A stretch of 64,000 bases of DNA. It comes from Lama glama (Eukaryota). The notes beneath the pieces were generated by a model. The model saw only the letters and a list, made by a program, of their open reading frames with translations. It did not search any database and was not told the origin of the DNA. The translations under genes were made by a program, and so were the position numbers. Shown one piece after another: positions 24,810-38,130 of the stretch; the first letter of the stretch is position 1, and every line of letters starts with the position of its first letter. The stretch lies in contig CM052817.1 in assembly GCA_028534125.1 (NCBI GenBank), positions 40,922,001 through 40,986,000 on the forward strand, given 5' to 3'.

Positions 24810-26540
24810 CAACACCTTATTATGAAAAATCTCAAACACAGAAAAGTTGAAGAATTTTATAGTGAACACTGATAATATGTCCTAGATTCTTCCATTAACA
24901 TCTTACTAATTTACTTTATCGTGTATTTATCCATCTATCTGTCTCTCTTTCCATCCACCAATCTTATTTTTGTGATCCATTAAAGTTTCAGACATGAGAA
25001 CACATTTAAATACTTCAGCAAGTAAATCATTAACTAGAGTTCATTATTTGTTTAAATATTTTTCTTTTGAGGTAATGAACATAGAGTGAAACACCCAAAG
25101 CTTGTGTGTATTCACTCGGTTTGGCAAATGCTTGTACCTGTTTAATGCAAATTCCTATTAAGTTACAGAATTATCATTACCCCAGGAAGTACGTTCATGC
25201 TCCTTCCCAGGCCATCCCTGCCCCACTCTCCACCCCCAGAGGCAACCATTGTTCTATTTTTTAACCTTGTTAGTTTTGCCTGTCCTATAACTTTATATAA
25301 ATCTCATCATACAATATATACTCTTCTGTAAGGCTTCATCCTTTCAGCATAATGTTTTTGATATTCATCCATTGTAGTGTGTGTTTGTTTTTCTTGCTGA
25401 GAACTAGTTAATATATGATGATACCACAGTTTATTTCTCCATTCTCCTGTTTATGGACACCTGGGCTATATTTAGGTTTTGGCTATTATGAATAAAGCTG
25501 CTATGAACACTCCTGTAGAAAATTTTTTGTGGAATTGCTAGGTCAGGGAGTAGCTGTTTATTTAGTTTTATAAGAAATGGACATGAATTATCCTAAAGTT
25601 GTTGTACCCAGTGATATGTTGGTAAATGTTTATCAACTGATTCTCCAAAAAGGAAAAAAACCCAAAAAAACAAAAACAAGGAGGAGGAAAAGTAGGAGGA
25701 GGTAGAGGAGGAGGAAGAGATGGAGAAGACAATGATGATGAAGACCACCCATAACAACAAGTGCAAAATTGCCAATTTCATGATGTAAATACTCCCATTA
25801 TGGCCAATTTCAGGCTACCAGTGTGAAGTCATTAAGAGCTAAGATGGGAAGAGATGTGCAGGACTGAGTCTTGTGAACCTGTGCAAACTAGCTCCTGCAC
25901 ACCACCAGTTGTACTGTTTTATATTCCCACCAGACTACAGGAGCATTTCAGTTGCTCTACATCCTTGTCAACATTTGGTGTTTATGGTCTTTTTAGTTTT
26001 AGGCATCTTGGTGGATATTAGTGGTATCTCATTGGTTTTTTAAAAAATTTCTCTAATGAGAATGCAAATGTACTTATTGGCCTGTCATATAACTACTTTA
26101 CTAAGAGATCTGCTGAGATCTTACCCATTTTCTACTGGGAAGATCAGCTAAGAAACATTCATTTTCCTCCAAGTGTTAAAGATATTCCCTACCTTTTCTT
26201 GCAAAAGCTTTATTATTTAACTTTGGTGAGAAGTGTGCAATCTATTTCAAATTAATTTGTACTTGATATGAAGTAAAGGTCAAAGTTCATTTTTTTTGCA
26301 TATGATTATCCAGTTATTACAGCACATTTGCTGTGACTTTTTGTCTTTGTCAAAAAATTACAGGAATGTTTCTATTTCTTGTCTTTCTATTCTGTTATGT
26401 TGATTTGTTTGTTGATTATTATGCCAGTAACACATTATCTTAATTCTGTAGCTTAATGTCTTGAAGTCAGGTAGTATACGTCCTCCAACTTTATTCTTCT
26501 TTTTCAATATTGCTTTGGATGTTCTAGATCCAGTGCATGC
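24810..26540 (-). mobile_element. Old L1 (L1MB/L1MC-like) 3' region, interrupted by MER63
   Basis: cccccagaggcaaccattgttct..ggctattatgaataaagctgctatgaaca..gtcctccaactttattcttctttttcaa. Confidence 0.85.
25609..25907 (-). mobile_element. MER63-like hAT-Blackjack element nested in L1, with an internal GAG/GAT-rich tract
   Basis: cagtgatatgttggtaaatgttta..gtaaatactcccattatggccaatttcaggctacca..gcacaccac. 8-bp TSD gttgtacc / gttgtact. Confidence 0.85.
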
Positions 26541-27751
26541 ATGTTTCCATATTTTCTGCTAATTTCAGTTTGAGAACTTAGCAAATCATCTTTTTTTACA
26601 ATAACCCATTCACTTTTAGAAGGTAAAATTCCCTTTTTAGCATTTAGCATATTATGACTGTTTTATAAATACTACACACCCAATCAGCAATTCTCCAACA
26701 CTGTAGTAAAATGTTGTCATTGTTACTTTATTTCACGCAAGGGTTAACTGGAGCCAAGGGGTTAACTGATAAATGCCACATGGCTGTTCAGTGAGGTAGG
26801 AATCAGGTTTTCTGCTTTTAGAGACAGTGAATTCCATTAAATCCCACTGCCTGAGGTAAACAGTGTCAGTTCTCAATAAAAGGATACTGGATTTTCAAGT
26901 GGTCTGTCATCAGGTAAAAGTCTCAGACTGTTTCTGAAGAATAGACATGTACGAATAATTACTGGCTATTTGCAGTGACCCTTTTTGCCTTGCATAACTA
27001 GTATTATAGATTGGAAGGAAGTCTAGTGGACTATTCCAACAACATCCCCACTCCAGACACCATTTCTAGGCCAAGTTTGAATCACTTCTGAAAATTGTGA
27101 GGGCTTAAAGGAGCCAATTAACCACACTCCCCTTCCTTTTAAATTCTGAGCAACTTAGAATACACATGGAAGTGAGGTAAGAGTCAAACATTGACTCTAA
27201 TACTGGCAAAGGTGGTTCAGAATCCTGTGGTCAAAGTGGCTTCTTGTGTCTTATCTCTGGGATTGAGCCTCCTGCCCAGGTGCAGACCCTAACGCTGGAT
27301 GACTGGAGTTCTCCCCAGCCATTGCAGGGTCCATCCTGGGAGCATTTGCACAAGAGGAGGAGAATGGATGTGGTTCTTGTATAGGCAGCTCTGCAAGGGA
27401 GAGAGTCTGGAGAGAGCCTTGGCTGTATTACAATGAGTATCAGGTGCCTTCTCCTCCCAGGGAGAAGAAGAGCATGAAAGGGTGAGTAGAGGGGGCAGAG
27501 CAGCTTCCTTCCTAAAATGAGAGAGACGTGGGAGGGAGGAAGAGTATCTGCCTGTCCCCTTCAGTCACGGGGAACCAATCCGTCTCAGGGCTGCTTCCTT
27601 AATTTTAAACACCTTGTATTATGGTTAAGTTCTTCCTTATGTTAAAGCTTTCTCTTTAAAATTCTACTTTTTGGTCCTTGTTCTGTTCTCCTGATACTCA
27701 TGGCATAAATCTACATACTGTTTTAGCATATTTGAAGTTCTTGAGGTACTT

Positions 27752-27893
27752 TTTTTTTATTTGTTTTTTTTTTTGGGTGGGGGAGGCAATTAGGTTTACT
27801 TATTTATTTATTTTTAGAGGAGGTACTGGGATTGAATCTAGGACCTTGTGTATGCTAAGCATGCACTCTACCACTTGAGCTATACCCTCCCCC
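27752..27893 (-). mobile_element. tRNA-Ala-derived camelid SINE (Vic-1-like)
   Basis: Head ggggagggtatagctcaagtggtagagtgcatgcttagcatacacaaggtcc. Decayed TSD tgaggtactt / tgagatagtt. Confidence 0.92.
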
Positions 27894-27961
27894 TGAGATA
27901 GTTGTCGTTATATCTGTATTAGTTGATCTCCTTTTAACATTCCTTAACTTTCTCAAATTCT

Positions 27962-28778
27962 TCTTCTCCTCCTCTGCCTCCTCCTCCTTCTCCTCCTTCT
28001 TATTCTTCCTCTTCCTCCTCCTCCTTCTCTTCTTCTTCACTAAAGTATAGTTGATTTACAATACTGTGTTAGTTTCAGGCATACAGCAAAGTGATTCAGT
28101 TATATACATATATTTTATATATTTTTTGGATTATTTTCCATAATAGGTTATTACAAGATACTGAATATTGTTCCCTATGTTATATAGTAAGTCCTTGTTG
28201 TTTATTTTATGTATAGTAATGTGTTTCTGTTAATCCCATACTCCTAATTTATCCCTCCCCACTTCCTTTCCCCTTTGGTAACCATAAGTTTGTTTTCTAT
28301 GTCTGTGAGTCAGTCTCTGTTTTGTATACAGATTCATTTGTATTATTTTCTAGATTCCATATATAAGTGATGTCATATGATATTCGTATTTCTTTGTCTG
28401 ACTTCCTTCACTTAGTATGATATTCTCTAGGTCCATCCATGTTGCTGCCAGTGGCAATCATTCATTCTTTTTTGTGGCTGAGTAGTATTCCATTGTGTAT
28501 ATATATATCACAGCTTCTTTATCCAATAATCTGTTGATGGACATTTAGGTTGCTTTCATGTCTTGGCTATTGTAAATAGTGCTGTTATGAACACTGGGGT
28601 GCATATGTCTTTTCAAGTTAGAGTTTTCTCCAGATATGTGCCCAGGAGTGGGATTGCTGGATCATATAGTAGCTCTATTTTCAGTTTTTTTAAGGAACCT
28701 CCATACCATTTTCCATAATGGCTGCACCAAACTACATTCCCACCAGCAGTGTAGGAGGGTTCCCTTTTCTCCACAGTC
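27962..28778 (-). mobile_element. 5'-truncated L1 whose tail is a (CTT/CCT)n tract (27962-28040)
   Basis: Antisense L1 ORF2 end and 3'UTR at 28040-28778 (..ggctgcaccaaactacattcccaccagcagtgtaggagggttccc). Confidence 0.95.
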
Positions 28779-29977
28779 TCTCCTTTAGCAGTCCTTTATT
28801 TTCTCAGATTCTGAAATGAACACCATATGTTGTCACCTGCCTAACACCCATTCCCTCACTCTTCTTCTGTTAACAGCCCTCTGTTTTTTCTTTAGTGAAC
28901 ACCCTTTTTCCTACCTGGGCTATTTAGTTGGGTGGGACTGAACACTGCCTCCCTCCACTCCCGTTGCCTTTAGCTCCAGGAGTAGGTAACTGATCCCATG
29001 GCCAGTCAATGGGCTTGAAATCACCAAAGTTGAGAACTGACAAGAACTTTCACTTTCAGGAAAAGAACTGCATGCCTGGAATATTTATCTTTTGGTATGC
29101 TGCAACTTCAAAGCATTAAGGGGGCTCCAAATATTTTATTGAGGCCAAGGTTAGTATCCAGTCAATTTTCAGGAAGAGTTAGTCATTAGCTAAATATTTT
29201 GTCCATTCCACCAGCTTGCTATCTATCGTTGGCGTGACCTCTACAATGGCTGGAGAGACAATCCCTGGCAGTTTATATCCGGATCCCCTGCCCCTGCCCC
29301 TGCCCCTTGATAGCATGCAGATTGCTAAGAATATGCAGGCAAAGCCCTTTCTGCTGGGTGAGATTGCCTCAGTGAAGCTGGGCTTTTCTCCTCTATAAAA
29401 TAAAACGAAGTAATCTATACTTCCCTTCGGAGTCCTTTAATGTATAATGAATGATGAAGTTTTCTTATTTTGCCCTCCTTATTTTCCATAATTGAGAATG
29501 AAATTTATTTAGTGGACTGTATTGGCTACTTAGCATCTCTACATTACCCAAGGTAATTGTTACTCAGAGCCAGTTCTCAGTCGCTTGCATTTAAAGGTTT
29601 ATTTTTCTTTTGTTGTGGTTTCTTGGCTTTGCTTCTGGCAGGGCAGACAAATTAATAGGCATCAGGTACTAAAGTATTTGCAATTAAAGCTAAGTGGTAA
29701 TAAAGGTCACCTGATCCAAGAAAGCTTTTCTTTAAAAAAACCAACAAAACCCTGCTTAAATCAATGCACATTGTGTATAGATTGTTCTCTGCTGCAATCC
29801 CTTTTCCATAGTCAGGTTTGATATATTTTTATGCTAATTTAAAATGGGTAATAATTGCAAGTGTTAATCTTTAGCTTTACCAGAGTTCCTTGATTGCTGT
29901 CGACTGTATTTTGAACTAGCTTTCTGTGATATAAAATAAGACAGATAGAAATGATGGCATCTATTTTAGCCCCCATA

Positions 29978-30490
29978 CCATTCATTTATTCAACAAATAT
30001 TAGCTGAGTACTTATGTGTTTGCAGTTGGGGATATAAAGATGGAAGGTGATGGACTGTCCTCTAGCGGTGTCCCAGTTTGGTAGAGAGACAGAGGAAGGA
30101 ATAATTGCTAAGCTATGTGATTAGCTCAGCAACAAAGTGATGTTGAAAGTACAGGGGAGGCTTTGACTAATTCCATCTTGAACCATAGTCTTTAGGAAGG
30201 AGATGTGTTTTCAGGGATGGGTAAGAGTTTTTTTCCCAAAACAGTGGGAAAACAGTATGTCAGGTGGAGGAAGGAGCCTGTGCAAACCAAGGCAGTGTCA
30301 AATAATCTTCCTTATTTTGAGAACTATAAGCAGTTTGATGTTTCTGGAATGTAAGGTCTGAGGTGGGAGGTCTGGAAGTCTAGGCTGGGGGATTACGTTG
30401 TGAAAGAACCCATGTTCTACCTGTGCTGAATTTTATCTTTTGGAGATAAAATGATGTTTAAAGCAAGGGAATGACATGATCAACACTAAT
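29978..30490 (-). mobile_element. L2 fragment
   Basis: cattcatttattcaacaaatattagctgagtactta..tttaaagcaagggaatgacatgatca. Confidence 0.7.
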
Positions 30491-32224
30491 TTTAATGGGA
30501 CATGTAATCGGCAGCTGACTATTTATGATAGCATAAGTAATTACACATAAATAATTAAAATCCTTAGATGAAAATTATTTGGCATAGTAAGTAAAAAATA
30601 GGTATCAGGCTGGGTCCCATTCCACGGACACTAAGTAACTGTGTGACTTTCCGAAAGTCATTTAGCATCTCTTGGCCTTGGTTTCCTTCTGTTTCCTCTT
30701 CATCTGACCAGTGATGCAATTGCACACTTTCCCTGCCGTCTCCTCCAGTGCTAACTAATACTTTATGGATGTTACCCAGTGAGTTTGTTTCCTTCCTCCC
30801 CTACATTTTAAGAGAGCTTAAGTGGCAAAGAAAGGTGACTATCTCCAGCCTGTTCTGCCAATAAAGGATAGGACATGTTCTATTCCCTCGTAACAGGATG
30901 GATTATTTTGATTAGCTGACAATTGCTGGGCTTCCTTCAGGACTGTTGTGCTTGGATAAATCTGAAATTTCATATCCTGGGTTCTGGCTGAAAGTTAAAA
31001 AATCTGAGAAGATTAAAGGCAGAAATCATGTTTTATTTATCTATCTCCATTCTCCTGTGGTGAATTTTCTTTCTAAAGAAGTGACTGGCAGGAATCTTTT
31101 TGGACTCGTTTAATTGGCTTTCTCCATGCTCATCATATTTTCTGTGCATCTCCTTTTCTGTTTCTTCTTAGCTTGAGGTATTCTTTTTCATTTATCTCAA
31201 GGTTATAGGTTCAACAGAAAAAGCAGTGAAATAGCTGTTCTGTGTTACTGGAATGAATTGAAGAGGAGGCTTTTTCATGTAATGGTCTTCATCCGAAGTC
31301 AAAATGATATGGTGTCAAATGAGCTGTTCCCAGGGAAAGGAGTTAGCCAGTGACCTCAGAGAATCAAATACGGCTTGTTGTCGTCTAGTTCACTGGTGTA
31401 TGAGTTAGGATATATTCATGGTCAGACTAAGTCTTTTCACCTTTATGACACCAAGTCTAATGTGACATGCATAACTTTTGATTAAGTGATCCTTCTGCTT
31501 CTGAGTACTCATTCAAAAGGGAGCTGATATGCTGTATGAAGGCTGAGGTCTGGAAATAGGGAGTCCTAAAACGTACTTGAAAACCGTTTTTAAATGATCA
31601 TGTGATACAAAGATCACAACATTTTCTATAGGATTATTTTACATTTTTGAATATGTGATTAATGAAGTTTTCTATGAGCTAGACTTCAAATTCCTAGAAA
31701 ATCTTACTATTGTGAGATTCACATTCAATACCCTCACTGCTCATTTCAGAAGATGTTTACACAAGACTGAAAAGAAGAAAAAACAGCCGCAGATTCTCTT
31801 TCCCTGGCTTCATGCAGCCTTGCATAGTTTGCATATGATTTGCATAATTTAATGTCAAAATGTACAGAATCTTCTTCCATCTTTGCAGCTTTCTCACCAG
31901 GGTCTTTTAGTCTTTACTTTATTCTCTAAATATCTTAAATTGTGGTTCTTGGTTATATTTACTTGCTCATTAGTTTCCATGATAAAATACCTGTAGTTGG
32001 AGGAAATCCCATCTTCACTTTGTCTAATAGTACTCATGTATCTATGCAAGTTTCAGTGGATCATTTGGCTTAGGAGTGACTGGTTTCCTCATTATTCCAG
32101 GCTTTTAGGTATATATTTACTGACTGAAGTGTGCTGCACAAAGACATTGTTTGATCAGCTTTCTCCACAGGGAAGAGTAATAAATGGCTTCCATTTAAGG
32201 AAAATACACATTGTGTGTTAACAG

Positions 32225-32452
32225 GATGAGGCAAGAGGATGTGGTAGTTAACCACATGGGCGTGAGATGCCAACTGGCTGGATGGGAACCTTGGTGCTGC
32301 TACTTATTGGTTATATAAGCTTTGGCAATTATTTAAGCTCTCTGTGCCTCAATAGAGATAGTAAACTATCTATCTTAGACAGTTTGTTGTGAAAACTAAA
32401 TGACTTCATTCATTTAAAAGCTTAGATTTGTGTTAAAAATATTAGCTGCTAT
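32225..32452 (+). mobile_element. MIR SINE
   Basis: tgtggtagttaa..ctttggcaattatttaagctctctgtgcctca..tgttgtgaaaactaaatga. Confidence 0.7.
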
Positions 32453-34937
32453 CATCATTTCTTAATAATGATAATAACTCATAGACTTAATGAGTGTTCC
32501 AAGCCCGCAAGTAGTCCTCTGTATCTCTATGCCCCAATAATCGGTAAGGCTGCTCTTTCCTTTTCAGCTTGGTACCACAAAGGGATATGGGAAGCCTCTT
32601 TTTTTAATGTTAAGAAGTCAAATGTAACTATATAAAGCTGAGCTGCTTTTGAGTTAATCTCTGCCCTCTGTCACTTAAAAACAAGCCAAAAAACCCCCAA
32701 AACAAAAACAAAACCCAAACTCTAAACACCTGTCCAGTAGCACAATGAAAAGTACAGAAAGTAGTTTTAATTGTAAGTGTCTCTGCCTCTTTACACAGTT
32801 TAAGGAAGGAAACAAAACCTCTGTCCCCATCTCTTCTTCTTTCAATCCTATACTTCGTCAATACATAAAATAATGATGTCCTTTCTGAGCAGTAGCATCT
32901 CAGATTCAACGAAATAGGATGTCTCACATGGCATGGTAGTTGCTCCCCAAACTTCTTTCCTCAAAGGACTCTGCCGCAGACAGTCTGCATCTGTGTGTAT
33001 CTTTCTCATTGTCTTCTTTGCATTTCTGGATCTTGTCTCTCCTCCTCTCCCCTCTTCTTCTCTCTTGATACAAATCTTGTTAGCTGTTCTGACTCTTTCT
33101 GTCCTCTAATTCATCCTGTACCTCAACTCAATGCAATGACAGACCCAGGCCTGGTAGCTGTCCCAGCCATAAAGACCCATTTCTCTGGTAAAGGAGAGGA
33201 AGGGGAAAGGTTATGACTACATTAATTTTGTTTTACAAATTGTTTTGCAAGTGTATCTGCAGAAGCGTGTTTCCAGGCCAGTACTCACCTCTCCAGCCTG
33301 CCTTATCTGAGCCCATTACCACATAAGTCTACTCCTCTTTCTTAGACATCGCCAAGTTAGAGAGCATACACCTACTCCACCTCAATCTACTCTTGATAGA
33401 GAGCATGACTCAACAGATTAACACTGTGGCAGGTCTCAGGGTCCCTGAGATTTATTTTGGAGTTGAAAATAGCTTATGGTTTTCTACAGTCTTTCCCCCC
33501 ATATGATATAATAATAATCTGTGCTTCATTGTTAAAGTGTTTGGAACGTATAGCAGTCAGTGGGAACTCACAGGAGGAATGTCCATCTTTCTGAGTGGGG
33601 AAGGAATTTGAGAAGAGGTAATAATTCAAATATATATTGAAAAGATGAGTGATTGCTGAATAGGCATGTTGCTGGGGGGGATTTAGGAAGGGATTGGGTA
33701 GAAACGAGGAAATATAAGACCAATTCAGGTGAAGACATGAGCAAATACACAGAGTCAGGAAACTTTTAGAAGTGCCCATTCAGTGGACAATGAGGAGGTT
33801 GGCTTTTGTGAAGCATAGGACTCAAGGAGAGGGCAGGGTTCCTGAGGAAGCCTGCTAAATTTAATTTAGATGTGCTGAGTTTGTATGTCTAAATCACCCA
33901 GGTGAGGAGATCTAAGAAGATTATACACAGGTTTGAAATAGTAGTACATCTATGAATGGAAATACAGATTTGGGAGTTTTGAACAATTTAAGGAGTTGTT
34001 TGGAGAAATGGAATAATAAAGATGGATGGGCAGATGATTGTGGTCATAGATCATTACATTACAGTTTAGGATTTTAGAAGTAGAGCCGTCCTAAATAATA
34101 ATAAATTCTAGGATGAGAATATTAAAATGAAGATGATGCAAAATAATGTTAACTGATTGCTTTTATAATCACATTTGAAAATGCCTCTGCTGTTTTCAGA
34201 ATGATTTTCGAATAAAATAATGAAGAACATCATAAGAACCAGATTAGGAGTCTGAATGTCTCCTTGTCTAGCTGCCCTGCCTCATTTCTTGTACAACTTA
34301 ATCCCTGGTAGAAAGTGGCTACTCTTAGGCTCACATAAGCTTTGGCTTCTTTTTAGACTTCTCTAGAAGAGGGAGTGGTGCCTGTAAAAGTGCTCCAAGT
34401 GCAAGATAAGTTGTCAGCAGTACTACACTGAAGACATTAGAGATTAGCTGTCAATAGTGAATGAACATGTCCCAGTGTAGGAAAAGTAATGGTCCAAGGC
34501 AGGTCTGAATGTGACTGTAACTAGAGTTGAGGTTGGGGCCTTCTAAGGACTGCTTCTCGGTTCTCCTCCTACTTGTGGTGAAATTCACTTGGGTTATAGC
34601 TGATGTGGGTACCTGATTATCATCTTCTTGAAGGTGTTAATGAACTTTATACTGCTTGTTCATAGATGATACAAGTTGTCTTGTTCTCAAGTCTTCAAGA
34701 GGGACTGGTTTCCAACCTCTCCCTTACTTCACTCTGTGCGATCGTACAGTGATGCCCTAAAGACGTTATGTTGTATTCACCATCTGAGTCTTTTGGAGTG
34801 GTAATGGTCTAATCTCGTTTACTGAAAGCAGTTTTTCCTGATCTGTATATTTATGTGTTAATTATTAATTATGTCAAGATCATTTTGACCATGATTAAGC
34901 ACTTTAAGTCCTTAACCAGTCATTTACCCAAAAAAAG

Positions 34938-34939
<2 letters not shown>

Positions 34940-34979
<40 letters not shown>

Positions 34980-34988
34980 ACATACACA
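34940..34988. repeat. (CA)n microsatellite
   Basis: Direct inspection. Confidence 0.98.
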
Positions 34989-35380
34989 AAATCAAAGCTA
35001 GACAAATGCATTCTCCTTGTTATGAAGGTTTTAGGTCACAAACCACCCTGTAATCTCTAAGTCTTCTGGACAGGAGTGTGCATGACCCCTTCCCCAAAGC
35101 AGGTCTGAGGCTCAGACTGAAAATATGCCCCTACTACTTGCTCAGCCTCCTTCCTCTAGTTTCACTCTGTACCATTATGTGCATCCTGGTGGTCAGAGGA
35201 GGTAAGAAAAGAGGGTGAAAGGAGAAGGAGGACATGTCTCTGGTAGCCTAGCACTAAGGACTAAGGCAGCTTCTACAGAGCTCAATTATTCTGGGTCTGA
35301 CCCCTAAATGTCCGCTTGCCTTTCTGAAGAGGGGATGTGGAGGGGATGAAGGAAGAAGAGAAAAAGAGGGAGGAGAAGAA

Positions 35381-35399
35381 TGGCGCCCCCTACTGTTGG
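35381..35399 (-). promoter_or_regulatory. Candidate CTCF-binding motif
   Basis: Minus strand ccaacagtagggggcgcca differs from the core CCASYAGRKGGCRSY at one position. CpG retained. Confidence 0.4.
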
Positions 35400-37749
35400 G
35401 CAGCAGTTGGGGATCCAACAGGAAGAGGGCAGGAGAGAGAATCCTAAAAGAAGTCAGGATTCTAAATCACTGAATTACCCAGAAGGCAGACCTGTAACCC
35501 TTGTTATACCCCTAACGTCACTGTGACCCAATACTGACCTTGCTGCCACCATCCCCATCACATGCTCCCCTTAGCAGTGGAAGTAGAAAAATGGGGGAGG
35601 AGCTGTGGGCTCCTCCTAGAGATCATTTGTTTGTTTTTTCAACACATGTTAATATTTACTGAGTACCTGTTTGTGTTGCCATTTATCTAGACACCAGGTA
35701 CAAATTTATAGTGAGTGAGAAAGAGAGACTTAGAAAAGAAACTGAAATTTTGATTGTTGTCTCTGGATTTAAACAGAATGAAAACTGTTCTCAATTACTC
35801 TGATATATTTAATTTTCCTTGTGAACAAGTGCTATATAGAATGTGGGTAGGTGATTTCTACATCGATTTAGAGTCTCTTGCTTCTGTATATTTACAAAAA
35901 ATTTATTGATATATTGTATTGAATTACTATAGATTGGGAAATTATACAAGTCTATTTCATTCTGAGTTAAGAAATTTTGGAGGAGATGTACCAATTTTCT
36001 GCCTTGGCAGGTTGCTTAAAGTGGCTGTATGGTTTTTAGTCTTCTGATAGCCAAGCTGAAGAGTGCCAGGGTATTTGGCAAGATTTCTGTCCCACTGTGC
36101 AGTCAGACAGACATATGCTGAACTGTGGAATAAGCCCAAACCTTTTCTTGGACTGGGGACCTGTAGACCCCATGAGGCTATAGGTCATGGTCACTAATTA
36201 TAGAACTTTACATTGAAGACCTGCAAATATGTAGCTGAGATGGTAAGTGTGTGGTTTTCTGTTAATTGAGAGCAGATATGAGCCACTTTGACTGAATGTA
36301 GAGTTTCTGGACTACTGGTAAATTAGCTAGAGATTACCAACACAAGGATGTCCCCATGCTGACTTTTGGCCAGAGAATCTTGGCACCAAAGAAGGCTTTC
36401 TTGGCCAGCCCCCATGAACAAACTGGCCTAGAGTCTGACATTGAGAGTTGACAATAATCCAAGACAAAGGTGTATTTTTTGAAGAACATGTGGAGTCCTG
36501 ATTGTACTCGTTTTTATTTCTTTCCATAATTAATTTCTCTAGAAATAGTTCTAACTGAATGATAATTTCTCTTCTTTATGAATTTCTCTATTAATAATTA
36601 CATTTGAATTCAGCCCATCTGCTCTTCTGTAATGCTTTCTAAGTGAAATTATCAGTTATTTCTAAAGAGAGAATTGGTATGTTGTTCCCTTTGTTTTTAG
36701 TTAAATTTTAGAAGTTGAATTTTGTGTCTTTGGGCAGTTTAGTAGGTTCCACACACTTCTGATGACGGTGTTTGGAAACCTCTTCCTACGTACTTAGGAG
36801 TAAAGCGTCCGGTAGGAATAACTGGACGTGAAAATGTGAAATTACGACCACATTTATCATCTTACAACAAGTTTTGCGCCCCTTGTGGCGAACCTTTCTG
36901 TGAATGTGAGAGTTGGAACAGCAATAGGTTGCTTCCTTCCCTTAAGTCATTAATTCGAAGTCCTGATGCTTCCTTGGTGAAAATGGGGAGACTGCCAGCA
37001 GGAGAGCAAAGTCTGCAGTGCTGGCATGGAGTGTTGTTAGCTGGGCAGCTCCACCACCCAGACCAGCCAGGTCCAACCTTTCTGCTACTTGTTCCATATT
37101 TTGGATAGATTAGTGTCCCTCTTAAGTGCTTACATATTTAACCATTCACTAAAATATATTTAATCTCTTCTTTCTCTAGGTCTTCATTTGGCCTTGTTTC
37201 AGGTTTTCATAGTATTGCATTGTATGGAGACATGACTCATGTGTCTTACTATTTCTCCTATTATAGCAGAGATCAATGAATTTTGCTCTAAATTTCAAAT
37301 AATTTTTTAGTAACTAGCCATGAGCATTATGACATAGGTGTATTCTTGTGAATTATGTCCTTACTTGAATACCTGCCTATACCGCTATGTTGAAATAGAA
37401 TTAGCTCTGAATTAGTATGGTTTCAGAAATAATGCATTCTTGAAATTCATATGAAAGCTGAATGCATCAAATATGTTCAGTGGACTTCAAACTTTAATGA
37501 TGCCATGGGGTCAGATGGAGAGCTAGTGCTACAAAGCTAAAGTGTATTTTAAAATCCTAATCGTATTTCAAGCACATTCTTTAATTTTTTTCTTTCCCAT
37601 GGAACACACAGTTGACTTAAGTCCCATCATGTTCTCACTGAACATTCAGATTTGTCACTTTAAATAGAGCTAAAATTTGCTGCTTTTATTTTTTTAATCT
37701 AAGAACTTGGTATTTTTCTCCATTGATTCTTCTGTTATGACTTTAATTG

Positions 37750-38130
37750 AAGTTCAGTAGTTTACTTCTTAAGTAGTCAGATACATTTCTTGTTAAGTTT
37801 ATTCCTAGGATTTATCTATTTCCTATAATTTCTGGAATATAAGAAATCTATTAATTTTTCTATATTGATCTTTAGTTAGCTTCTTTGCTAAAATCTTTTG
37901 TTAGCTCTTAGAGCTGTTGATTTTTCTAAACAGACTACCATGTGGTCTGCAAACAATGGCACTTTGTCTCTGTTTCCAGAATTTATGCTCATTTCTTTTT
38001 CTTTTCATATTGGACTGGCTTTTAATATAATATTAAACAGTAGTTACAGTGGGCATCCAGTCTTTATCTCTCTTTTGTATCATACTTTTGATGAAATCTT
38101 TAATTCTTATCATAAATTTAGCATATGAAT
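37750..38130 (-). mobile_element. Old L1 ORF2-region fragment
   Basis: ttgttaagtttattcctagg..tatattgatctt..gtctgcaaacaatg..gtgggcatcc. Confidence 0.7.

Noticed and set aside
27790..27893. tRNA gene calls for the SINE heads
   Set aside because: They carry a SINE body, an A-rich tail and TSDs, so they are retroposed SINEs rather than tRNA genes.
36203..36248. Possible micro-exon (NFTLKTCKYVAEM) ending at a strong donor ATG|gtaagt
   Set aside because: Weak acceptor, unrecognised peptide and no partner exons.
36876..36890. CTCF-like gcgccccttgtggcg
   Set aside because: One base short of the core spacing.
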